Assembly: GCF_009914755.1 (NCBI RefSeq)
Contig: NC_060930.1
Direction: 5' to 3' (one strand)
Source of the DNA: the human T2T-CHM13v2.0 reference genome, Homo sapiens
DNA: 64,000 nucleotides
Shown: positions 44,041-57,010 of the stretch, piece by piece
Numbering within the stretch: the stretch's first letter is position 1
How the letters are laid out: the number at the start of each line of letters is the position of its first letter
The notes under the pieces: generated by a model
What the model saw: only the letters and a program-made list of their open reading frames with translations
Database searches by the model: none
Told to the model about the DNA's origin: nothing
Position numbers and translations under genes: made by a program

Positions 44041-45248
44041 AAAATATGTTTATAATTACAAGAAAATTTGTCAAGGTGTATTAATACATTCAAAAGTTAT
44101 GTAAACTTAATCAGCAACAGTAGCAGGTTTTATTTTGTTTTCAATAAGACTACATTAGTCTGAAGGTACAGTTGAGGTTTTACAAAAAGCAATAAATATT
44201 TTCTAATATAGCATAGTAGCAACAGACTTCATTTAGTTCGAATTCTACCTCCAAAATGGTGGGGTTGAGAAAGGTAAATTCAGAATTTTCACATCCTCGT
44301 GGTCTCTTAGTTTCCATTGTACTTAGATAGAGTCCAGCAGCTTCAAAGTAGCTGGAGGCCTCCTACCGCTGATGCTGGCACTACCAAGGACAAATGCCAC
44401 ATTGATATGACCCTGATGCCACCAAGACAAAGCTTCTCCAGGGCTGTTATTCTCACTTAGGCTACTGACTCATGATTGCTGTCTTATGTATCAGTGCCTG
44501 CACTGCTGTCTTAGGTATACACTACTTCAGGCCCAGTTTATCTGCAACTTTAATATTCCCACTCCCCCTCCTTTGACAGTGAAACAGCAGCTGCTTTTAC
44601 TCTTTTGTACTCTGGACCCTATAAAAAACCTTCCTGATCAGTTCAATAATTCAGGCCAGACAATATCTCACTGTAGCCCAAGGTTGTTTTTGTAGATCTT
44701 TTTGTTCTCCTTCTTCTGAAGGATTGACAGGAAGCAAATTGATCCTCTTGCTTTTTTCCCCATGGAGTAGAACTGAGTGAGTTCTAGAAAGGGAGGCTCA
44801 GCCTGGGGATAGCATACCCACTGCTGGGCGCCTGCCTCCTTCCCACCCCTTCGTCTGGATGGCTCCTTAACCCAGAGGAGTTAAGGAAGTTAAGCTGGCA
44901 AGTTTAAACTCTATTCTTTCTCTCTTAAAGTCTTTTCTTGCACAACCATAAACTAAATGTTCTGAGATTTTGACACTAATCATAACCTGGAAGATTTAAA
45001 GCTTCCTGAAAGAGATGAGGCTTAAGAAAAGGAAAGCCAAAGGGGAGGACGTCATTCTGAGCACAGACAATGACAAATTTTGAAATTAAAAAAAATGAGT
45101 GCACGTTATACTCATGTTATTAGAGCAGAGGTGGAAGAAAAATGAGGTAAACATAATGGGATCAAGTGAAGTGGGTGCATTTACCTTACCATAACTTACC
45201 AAACTCCATAAGGAGTTTGCATTTATGGATACAGTTTTACAAGAATTA

Positions 45249-45760
<512 letters not shown>

Positions 45761-47549
45761 AGCACACAAAGAGGCACCACTCCCTTTGTGCTCGCCACCA
45801 CTGTTACCATTATCAGTGTTATTTAATCCAAAGAACAACTATATTCAGCCAAATAGGAGGGGGCACTCATGAGAAAGTCTCCAGTTTTACAATGTATTAC
45901 ATAGCAGATATTCAATAACCATTTAACAAGGAAACAAAAGTTATAGCATGTAGAGTAGGCTACTTGGGGAAAGTTTTGATAAGAAGACGACATCTATAAT
46001 GTGATCTACAGTATTTTAAAAGCATGCACAGAATGTTGTGCTAAGCAACATAGCAACAGGCATTCATATCATTTTCTGTCTAATCCCTTGCTAGATGAGT
46101 GATGGATTAGAATTCAAATATGGCTGAAGACGGTCATTCCTGGCTACTTATTGTTTCTATATTCAGCAGTTAAAAGGTTAAAGCATTGTCCAAAAAAGCC
46201 AAAAACACCTAGCAGTATTGTCTCACTCTATCCAGTATTTTCAGTAAAGAAACTTTTGAATTGAGAAAAAATTTGAGAATCTACACATTTTTAAATGAAG
46301 ACAATTAGTATTAAGACCTTACGAGCTTCACATTTTACAGAGTAAACCTAAATAAGCTAAAGTTGGCTTTTCTTAAACACCAAGATCCAAAAATTGTTGA
46401 GGAAGGGCTTCTCTTGTTTTTTGGTTTTAAATATACTGTGTAGGAGAGACAAGTGAAAGCACCTCAGAAGCTGCGTGGCCTGGAGAGTGGCACTTAAGTG
46501 TTGCCTATATCACTTCTCCAGGTCTCCTCTGCTAGAGATCTTTAGTTCAAAGGCAGACAAATGAGGTTACAATGCGCTTAGAGCTCCCCTGAAAGAATGC
46601 CCAATTTTACTATTTGTAGAGCTTTATGACCTCTCTATCAACAGGTAATTTTTCAGGGTTCCATTTAGGGGATAGGACTCATGGACAATATTTGACTCCA
46701 TGACTGTAATAAAATAACAAGCATAAAGTTTACCTAAAAATATTTGAGTATTACTTTATTTAACAAAACAAAACTTCTAAGCTGAGTGTGAGTGACCTCT
46801 GTATATTCTCTTTTGGTCCCCATGAACTTGAAGTATTATGTATGTCAGGTAACAGAGGATGTCTGTCTAAAAGGGGAAAATGATTTTTATTTCCCGGTAG
46901 GAAATTCAGTTTGAACTGCCAAAATTTCCTAAAAGCTCAAAAGGAAACCCCATACAAAATCGATTTAAAACCATAGTAACACTCATAATGAAAAGATTAT
47001 ACTGGATCTAGGGTACTCCAACGAGCATTCCCACATGTGCTGTGCTGTATAGTACAAGCCTGGCCTTCTATGCCTGGGCCTTTTCAGACCACCTTATTTT
47101 AAATTCCCTGGACCTACTTTTCTATCCATTTTTTGTCACTGAACCTTTCTTTCTTGGATCCTACTGTCTTGGCTTCTCCTCACGCAGTCTTATAATAGCT
47201 TATGCTTGATAACATGTTGCATTAAACAACAATAAAATGTAAGAGCATTATTGGATTGCTGTCTCTGCTGGGATGTTGCCTCTGAATAGCCTTTTGCAGC
47301 CATAGTGCTTGTTCTTTGAGACTCATTTACTGGTATTATGTATTTCAAATTTAGGTAATCAAAGATCACCATTACTCTATCTGTATGTGGAGATTAATTT
47401 TTTAAGATTAATATTGACATATAGGTATATATAGCTAAATGTAGACTCATCACTCACCTAACTTTGACCTCTAAGTAAATAAAAGTAATATATTTTGTTT
47501 TAATCTCTAGTCAGAAAATTGAAGTTGAAAATTCACCATACAAGAGTAG

Positions 47550-47780
47550 AGATTCAGAGCAACTGCATTTGATCAAGACTTTCAAGTGCTGAACTCAATC
47601 TTCCTCTCTTACTAATTTTGTGATCATTAATACCTCAAACTCTCTGTGACCCAGTTCTCTCACCTGAGAAAATAGGGATAAGAAAAACAAAAATAATAAT
47701 CACTTTGAAGGGATAATATAAAAAATCTCAGAAGCATGCTTGTCACACAGTAGATACTCAAGAAATATAAACTATTATCA
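47550..47780 (+). mobile_element. MIR
   Basis: ctctctgtgacccagttctctcacctgagaaaatagggataa...acacagtagatactcaagaaat. Confidence 0.7.
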
Positions 47781-47869
47781 TAAACAGAAATTACATCATT
47801 GGAGGCTGATAGGTACAGCTTTACTAACAAAGAGACCCTGCAAAAGTAGTCCTATTCATTTGACTTAGT

Positions 47870-49450
47870 ATGAGTATTCATTCATACAGTGTTTCAGGTG
47901 CCATGCTATATGCTGAGATAGTAAATTGTTGTAGGAATGGCACAGTTCTGCCAAAAAGGTATGACAACTACTAGGAGGGGTGGCAGATATATAAACAGAA
48001 ATTTTTAAGTGAGATTGACAGAGCACTTACAATGATCTGAGTTTTCAGGGAAGGTTTAATGAAGGGAATGTTACTTGAAATAAGTAATGAAGAATGAAAA
48101 TTGGCAAGATAAATGAAGTAAGGGGGACTCTTCCAGGAAGAGAAAGTCACAAGCAAAGATACAGTCGATAAAAAGTGGTATGTAAATGAACAGCATAAAG
48201 TTCAGTATTACTGGAGCAGATATCAGTGTAAATGTACACACAAAAAGAAATAGTGGTCAGGTTGTACACTCATTATATTAGTCAGTTTAGGCTGTTATAA
48301 CAAAATTATCGTCTCAGAGTTTTGGAGGCTGGGAAATCAAAAATTAAGGGAATGATAGGTCTGGTGTTTGGTGAGAGCTTGCTTTCTGGCTTGTAGACCC
48401 CTCTAATACCTTCTTAAATACCTCTATACGAGAGCAAAACAAGAGGCAATGTTATGTCTCTATTTATAAGGACAATAATCCCATCATGAGGCCCCACCCG
48501 CATGACTCAATTATCTCTCAAATATCTGACTTTCTAATACCATGTAATTAGGGGTTAAATACTAACGTATGTGTTTTAGGGGAAACCAAACATGCAATGC
48601 TTAACAAGTATTGATTTTCAGTTTTGTTTAAAAAAAAAACTCAAACTTTCTTCTTGTGACAACTTGGTTTAACTCTACATAGTGGCAAATAAATTGTTCT
48701 GAAAGAGATATGATGAGATCTGAACAAAAGCAGTGGAAATAGAAATAAAGTGAAAAACATTAAACATTAAAAGAAATATTCAGAAAACATTTCTGTCAGA
48801 ATGTATTATGCTATAGATACATGGAAAAAGAATATGAGATTTCATAGTTTAGCATTCTAGTTTATGTTGTGCATAAACAGTTATACCACTATAACACATT
48901 ATTAGAAGCAATCTAAGAAAGTTATGGATTCTGAACTCTGCAATGTGGTCTATGCAAAAGAAATTTGTGTATAAGTGTCTGAAAATTGAAGACAAAGACA
49001 AAAATAGAGACATTTGAAAATCTTTAAGAGTTAAAATAAATGCAGTGGAAAGAACTGTCAAGATTAGTATGCAGAGAGAAAAGCACCGGGGCAGGATCAA
49101 ACAGAAAACCACAAAGTCCAAAGAAGAACATATTTAATTTACACAAAGGTTGATAAGAACAGATGATCAGAACAGTAAAAAGAAACCCGGTGAAGGAAGA
49201 TCAAAGATAGAACAGAAATTAATACAAAGTAGGTACGAACAGAGTCCAACACATCAAAGAATTTCAGCAAAATAAGGAGACTAAAATTTACCCATTAGAT
49301 TTTGCAATTGGAAAGAAATTGGTGGGGCTGACCAGGAAGAATTAGTAATTAGTGGCAGGAGAAGACATGTGCTGGACTGATGTAGAAGGAGACACGGGTG
49401 AAGGCCAAATAAACTCATAGTATACAAACTGAGCTTTTATGAAACTTGGC
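47870..49450 (-). mobile_element. L2 relic interrupted by MLT1
   Basis: attcattcatacagtgtttcaggtgccatgcta...ttacccattagattttgcaattggaaag. Confidence 0.6.
48275..48606 (-). mobile_element. MLT1A/MST-like MaLR LTR, internally deleted
   Basis: tatattagtcagtttaggctgttataacaaaa...ataaggacaataatcccatcatgaggccccacc...aaacatgcaatgcttaaca. Confidence 0.8.
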
Positions 49451-49758
49451 TAATAATGAGAAGGAATGTATAAAAATATTTTGACAAAGGGGAATAAGAA
49501 AGACTTGATTATGTTTATTGACAAATAGTTAAGTTCATGGAGAGATACTGTAAGACAATAGATGAGATAACTGATGGAAGAAGCTCTTGGAGAAACAGGA
49601 AATAAGATTTTCCTCAGATAGAAGGAAAGGCTGTTTGTTCTGAGATATAAGAATATTATAGATTTAGAAAAGTATGAAGGATCAAAGAATGGGTGTTTCC
49701 TCAAGGGGATAAAACAGATGATATGGTGGAATAATAGAGAAGCAAAAATATAGGGAGA

Positions 49759-51810
49759 TGTGTCCTTTCCCTAGTGCATATTTTTGTTGAATTTGTCAAA
49801 GATCAGTTGATTATAGATGTGTGGCTTCATTTCTGGTTCTCTATTGTGCTCCATTTATCTACGTGTCTACTTTTATACCAGCACCATGCTATTTTGGTTG
49901 CCATAGCTTCGTATTATAATTTGAGGTCAGGTAATGTGATTCCTCCAGTGTTGTTAATTTTGATTACGATTGCTTTGACTATTCAGGCTCTTTTATCAGT
50001 TCCATATGAATTTTAGGATTGTTCTCTCAAATTCTGTGAAAAATGACATTGGTATTTTGATAGAGATTGTATTGAATGTGTATATTGCTTTGGGCAATAC
50101 AGTCATTTTAACAGATATGAGTTCTTCAGATCCATTAGCATGAAATGTTTTTCCATTTGTTTGTATCATCTAAAATTTATTTCATCTTTGTTTTGTGATT
50201 TTCTTTGTAGAGATCTTTTATTTCTTTTGTTCAATACATTCCAGAGTATTTTATTAATTTTTAAAGCTATTATAAATGGTATTGTCTTCTTGATTTTGTT
50301 TTCAGCTTGATGTTTCTTCTATGCCAAGTTCATTGAGTTTTCTATCATGAAGGAAATGCTGTATTTTATCCAGTGTATTTTCTGTACCTATGAGATAATC
50401 ACATGGTTTTTGTTTTTAACGTCAGTTTATGTGATGAATCACATTTATTGATTTGTATATACTGAACCATCCTTGCATCACTGGAATAAAACCCACTCAG
50501 TCAGGGTGTATTATCTTTTCCATGTGATTTTTAGATTTTGTTTGCTAGTATTTTGTTGAGAAATTTTGGAAAATTGGGTTGTCATATGCAGAAGAATAAA
50601 ACTGGCCCCTATCTCTCACCATATAAAAAATCAACAGAAGATGAGTTAAAAACTTAAATGTGAGACCTGAAACGATAAAATACTACAAGAAAACTTAGGG
50701 GAAACACTTCTGGACATTGGTTTAGGAAATGAGTTCATGGCTAAGAACTAAAAGCCATCAGCAACAAAAATAAAAATAGACCAATGGGACTTATTTAAAC
50801 CAAAAAGCTTCTGCACTGCAAAATAAAAATATAAATAGACAAATGGGACTTAGTTAAACTAAAAAGCTTTTGCACCACAAATAATAATTATTATCATTAT
50901 AATTATCATTAATCATTATTATTATAAACAAAGTAAAGGGATAGCCTGCTGAGTGGGAGAAAATATTTGCAAACTCTGCATCTGACATAGGACTAATATC
51001 CAGAATTTACAGGTAACTCAACAACAATAAAAACACAAATAAACCCATTAAAAAGTGGGCAATGGACATAAATAGACATTTTTCAAAAGAAGATATACAG
51101 ATTGCCAACAAGCATATGAAAAACAATGCTCAACATTACTCATTATCAGAGAAATGCAAATCAAAACCACAATGTGATGTAATCTTCTCCTGGACAGAAT
51201 GGCTATTGTCAAAAGTCAAAAAATAAAAGATACTGGTGAGGATAATGAGGAAAGGGAACACTTAAACACTGTTGATGGGAATGTAAATTAGTGCAATATC
51301 CATGGAAAGCAGAAAGGAAAATATATCAACATATTAAAACTATATCTGCACTTATACGTTTATTGCAGCACTCTTCACAATAGCAAAGATAGAGAATCAA
51401 TCTAAGCATCTATCAACAAATGACTGGATAAATAAAATGTGGTACATATACAGAATAAAACACTATTCAGCCATAAAAAGAATAAAATCATGTCTTTTGC
51501 AGCAATACGGATGGAACTAAAGGGTATTATCTTAAATGAAACAACTCTGAACCAGAATTTCAAATACCCCATGTTCCTATTTCTAAGTGGGAGCTAAATA
51601 ATGTATTCACATGGAAATAGAGTCTAGAATAATAGTCCAAAGGAGAACCAGAAGGGTGGGAGAGTGAGGGTGTTGAGGAATGAGAAATTACCTAATGAAT
51701 ACAATGTACATTCTTTGGATGATGGTTACACTAAAAGCCCAGACTTCACCATCACACAATAACATGGAACAAAACTCGACTTGTACCCCTTAAATTTACA
51801 TCAATGAAAA
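49759..51810 (+). mobile_element. L1MA1/2-like element with 5' inversion (49759-50568 antisense; 50568-51810 sense)
   Basis: Antisense ORF2 segment abuts the sense segment at the adjacent consensus position; 3' end cttgtaccccttaaattta. Confidence 0.9.
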
Positions 51811-52834
51811 GCATACAGGAAGGTATTACCAAGAGTAAAATACCAGAATTTAACACAGCAGAATGAATTGGGAGAATAAAAAACCAACAATCAAAATTGT
51901 GAGGTTGTCAAGAAGTCTGTGAAACAGGTTTTATTTTGTGTTTGAGAAAATGTAAGGATCACTGAAATAACCAAAAGATTGAAAGAAACTGCAACATGCA
52001 AGCTTTGTACAAAATCACACACAGACATGACTCCCTGAGACTGTCAGCAGCATCATAGTGACCAGATGGACAGCAGGATCAGGGAACAGTGAGATAGTAA
52101 CTCAAGTGAGAGTTCTACTACTTTTCTTATAAATTGAAGACTAAAATGACTATTCAACAGTTTTTTCAAAATAAATCAAACATATAAACCTTTGACCTTA
52201 CCACTTTTCACTAACTCCATTGGCCTCGTATCACATCCCTCCTTACTCATCTTACAGTCTAGTGTACATCATTTCAATTGCTCTCCTAGAGCCATCTGTA
52301 ATCTCGTTCCATTTTTATTTTATTTAAATATCCGAACGATGGCAAACCCTATTTTCTGCTTAGTCCGTGACAGAACTTCTTTACAACTTAATTTGTTTGA
52401 TAAAACAGTCAGTATTGCTAAATAGCTCACCTTTAAATTTATGACTACAACCTCAGAGTTATCAGATATGTTTCATAATTATATAATATTTCTATAGACA
52501 ATTTACTATCACTATGAAAATACCATTTCATGGTTTTTTCTCTCTTCTTGTATAATTGTGAAATAAAAGCTATCAGACAAGAAATTTTACATGCTCCCAC
52601 TACTGTGCCTGCCACACTGCCTCACATCTGGATGCTCATACTTTGTCTTTCCATGGGTTACAGTGAAAACTGTCTATATTTCTAGGACCAGTAATTCCAC
52701 TTGAACACTAGAACCAAATGCCCTTTTACAGCCATTTCCCTAGAAATCATTCACTTTTCCATCGTACAACAAACTTATTCTCTCTTAATTAGACAATTCT
52801 CAGCAGTATGCAAAGATTTTCTGATATATTCCAT

Positions 52835-53054
52835 ATATATCATTCTATATATATATCTATATATATGCACATAGATATACACTCTCTCTATATATGTGTG
52901 TGTGTATATATATATACTCTATATATATATACATATATATACTCTATATATATACATATATATATACTCTATATATACATATATATATACTCTATATATA
53001 TATACATATATATATACTCTATATATATATACACATATATATACATATATACTC

Positions 53055-53086
<32 letters not shown>

Positions 53087-53101
53087 CTCTATATATATAT
53101 A
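52835..53101. repeat. Compound (TA)n minisatellite, unit about TATATATACTCTATATATATACA
   Basis: Repeated CTC/CA-punctuated TA blocks of ~20-26 bp. Confidence 0.93.
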
Positions 53102-53286
53102 ACTTAATTTATCCCCATCACCTGTGGATACTTCTGTATTTCTTTACTCTGCTTTAAAGCAAAACTCTTATGAGAGTGTTCTATTTTCTGTCTTTACTTG
53201 CTCTCCTCCTGCTTTCCCTAGAACCCACTTCAGACAATCTTTGCCCCCAACTTTCTATTGAAATATTTCCTTTAAGAGTATCTTTA

Positions 53287-53606
<320 letters not shown>

Positions 53607-54103
53607 AGTATCTTTATGTAACAAAGCAAGATGAACTCTCTGATAATAACATTTGATACAGTCTTTCCCTCCTTGAGTCTTGAAATACTTTCTACTCTGC
53701 CAGGAGACCACTTTTTTTTTTCCTGGTTTTCCTCTTACTTCACTATACTTTCTTGATTCTACACATCCTTACCCTCCTCCAAATAAATTCTGGAATTTTA
53801 AGATTTTTAATACACTGCATCTATAGCTATAATTTCTAACTATAAGAAAAGCCATTACCTAGTATTTATATTTTTGTTTTCATTCTAACTAGAATATTAT
53901 AAGGTAGGTAATACTATTTTTCCCCTCTCCTAGATAGAAAAAATTAATCATAGGACAATCACAAAGGTAATTTATACTTTTCATATATATATGTATAACT
54001 TCACTCTCTACCCCATCAGTAAACTTCAGGTTTATACATCCAAGTAACTCTTAATATGTCTACCAGGATGTCTAATAGATACTGCAAAAACACTATTCAC
54101 TCA

Positions 54104-54959
54104 TGTTGTAGAGAGAATAATGATCACCCAAAGACGTCCACATTTTAATCCATAAAACCTGAGAATGTTACCTTAAGATACAGTTTTGATCTTTGTCCCC
54201 ACCCAAATCTCAAGATGAAATGTAATCCCCAGTGCTGGATGCTGGGCCTGGTGGGAGCCAGTGGGATCATGGGGGCAGATTTTTGCCCTTTGGTGCTGTT
54301 CTCATGATAGGGTCCTCACAAGATGTGGTTGTTTAAAAGTGTGTTGCCCCTCCCTTGCCCCATCTTCCTGCTCTGGCCATGTAGGACATGCCTGCTTCCC
54401 ATTCGTCTTCCACCATGATTGTAAGTTTCCTGAGGCCTCCCCAGAGCAGAAGCTGCTGGGCTTTCTGTACAGCCTGCAGAACTGAAAGCCAATTAAACCT
54501 CTTTTCTTTATGAATTACTCAGTCTCAGCTATTTCGTTATAGCAGTACGAGAATGAACTAATATGCCTTACATGGCAAAAGGGATTTGCCAGATGTGGTA
54601 AAGATAAGGATCTTCATGTGGAGAGATTTTCTGAGGATATCTTGGTGGATCTCATATAACCATAAGCCTTTTTGTGAAAGAGAGACAAGGGGGTCAAAAT
54701 TAGAGATAGAGATTTGATGAAACAGAGGTCAGATGATGTCATTGCTAGAAGGGGACCATGAGCAAAGGAATGCAGGTGGCCTCTACAAGCTAAAAGAGGC
54801 AAACAATAAACTCTCTCCTAACCTACAAAAGTAATACAGTCTTTCTGAAGCCTTCCTTTTAAAACTTGTGGCCTCTCACACTGTAATATAAGAAGTTTCT
54901 ATTGTTTAAGCTACTAAATTTATGGTAATTTGTTATAGCAGCAATAGAAAATGAAAGCA
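54104..54959 (+). mobile_element. MLT1C/D LTR, split by MST
   Basis: tgttgtagagagaataatg...gttacctta|catggcaaaagggatttgccagatgtg...ttgttatagcagcaatagaaaatgaa. Confidence 0.88.
54176..54565 (+). mobile_element. MSTA/B solo LTR nested in MLT1
   Basis: gtccccacccaaatctc...ccaattaaacctcttttcttta; 5-bp TSD cctta (54171-54175, 54566-54570). Confidence 0.9.
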
Positions 54960-55710
54960 TTCAGGATGTACTCAGCATAATCAACTTTTTCCTTCTACAG
55001 TTTTCCCCATTTTGATACATTTAACTGCAGGTAATCGAATTGCAGCTGCAGAGTCACAATTTGGTAGGAAGTTACCCTGAGGAGGAGAAAGAGAATCCCA
55101 GACCTAAGGGCTTATTATAGATGATTCAATGGAATAATAATCCACCAAAAAACACTGGGCTAATGCCATGACATTTGACATTCCTTTTGCAATACATGTT
55201 CTCTAGCATATGTGTTCTGTATGATTAGGCAGTACCAAAGCTGGCACTGGGAAATGGCTGTAAAATTGATCCAACGTAAGTTGAGGATACTCCTTTAAGG
55301 AGTTACAGAAGTGCCAGAAAATCCAGGCCAGTTGTATATTTGTTCACAATGAGCCAGGCACCACTTCATGAAAACTTATTTACACATTCAAATGAAATAA
55401 GAAAAAGGTTAGCTTACGAAGGGAAGGAGGAATGAAGCTGCTTCACAGCTTTGAGGATAACATTCCACAACATTTTTTTCAGGCAACACATAGGAACTGC
55501 TTAATTATGGCAGAAATTGTTCAGAAAATGGTGAATTGCGTATCATTGTATGTTTAATTTCACAGAAATATAACCTCCTACCACAAAGCAAGCAAATATA
55601 AAAATTCTTGAAGCCTTCATCGGAATAGTAAAATAGGAACCACCTTTCGTTTCTATTTTCAAGATGGGTAACATGTTTTCTGAGAAATAAAATCGATAAG
55701 GACTTGATTA

Positions 55711-55714
<4 letters not shown>

Positions 55715-55746
<32 letters not shown>

Positions 55747-56034
55747 AGACAGAGTCTGGCTCTGTCGCCCAGGCTGGAGTGCAGTGCGGCGATCTCGGCT
55801 CACTGGCTCACTGCAAGCTCCACCTCCCGAGTTCACGCCATTCTCCTACCTCAGCCTCCCAGGTAGCTGGGACTACAGGTGCCCACCATCACGCCCGGCT
55901 AATTTTTTGTATTTTTAGTAGCGACGGGGTTTCACCACGGTAGCCAGGATGATCTCGATCTCCTGACCTCGTGATCCATCCGCCTCGGCCTCCCAAAGTG
56001 CTGGGATTACAGGCCTGAGCCACTGCGCCCGGCC
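55715..56034 (-). mobile_element. AluY
   Basis: cactgcaagctcc, ttcacgccattctcc and ctcgatctcctgacctcgtg diagnostics; long T tail; TSD tgattactct (55705-55714, 56035-56044). Confidence 0.96.
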
Positions 56035-56699
56035 TGATTACTCTCTTGTTTAAAAAAAGTTTCCCTTATCCTGACAGTTGTAATTTAACATCTAAGAAGC
56101 TAAACATTTTGAACATTTGTTTGTGTGTGTGGTCTGGTATCATTTTCTATTACTTTTAGACAGAGAATTTTCTCTGAAGATACTGTGTGTGTGATAGAGT
56201 GGAGCGAGAGATAATAATAATTCAGGAATTATTATTCAAATCTATATGAAACCTAATGAAATAATGTTTACTTTACCTTAGAGGAAGGCTGCAAAGAAAA
56301 GGAATTGGTGTGTGGTAGGAAGAGTGAAATGATTGATGGTAAAATTCACAAAAATGTTATTCAAACTTTCACATTAGAGTATAATACATATACTCTATAT
56401 GTATTATATACTCTCAATATTGAGAGAGAGAAAATGACAGAACTGTTGGCCTATGTGTATTGTATTCATACACACATATACACACATTCTCAGAATCACA
56501 AGAACAAGGGCAGTAAAAGGAGATATGGGTTAATGAACTTTATAATAAAATGGGGGGTGAAAATCTGTGTCTTAGTACACTTTTTAGCACAAAAGCTTGA
56601 TATCATTGTGTACCTTTGGTGTTGTTTTTGTATTGATCTTCAAGACAGACTGAACAAGATACTTGAGGACACTAAACCTCTCATCATATTATAATGACC

Positions 56700-57010
56700 T
56701 AATCACACAAGGAAATACTGGCTGCAAGAGCAGGTTATGCCAATGAGCATCATTCTGAGTCTAACCAGAAGAGAGTATAGATGGATTGAGATCAGTGTTA
56801 GATGGAAACTAATCGAAGTATTTGGAGAGATGTCTATAGGCCCAGGACTACAAGTGGCACATGTATTTTCTTCTTAGTCACTATTGGTCAAACCTTAGCC
56901 GAATGGCCCCAACTAAATGCAAAGCTTGGAAATAGAGTTCATGTTCAACAGCCACTTCTCAGCAAAACTCTACACTGTAGGAAAAGCCACTCTTCTCTAC
57001 TACAGTTTGC
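56700..57010 (-). mobile_element. Old MLT1 (I/J/K-like) LTR relic
   Basis: gcccaggactacaagtggcacat...ctattggtcaaaccttagccgaatggccccaactaaatgcaa. Confidence 0.55.

Noticed and set aside
46477-46525. Hairpin ggcctggagagtg...cacttctccaggtc as a pre-miRNA
   Set aside because: Only ~13-bp stem with a large asymmetric interior; too short
52808-53157. CRISPR-like periodicity and Tyr/Ile ORFs
   Set aside because: Simple TA repeat with no unique spacers and no cas genes; eukaryotic DNA
56305-56694. 129-aa ORF
   Set aside because: Non-ATG start, low-complexity content, no homology or exon structure
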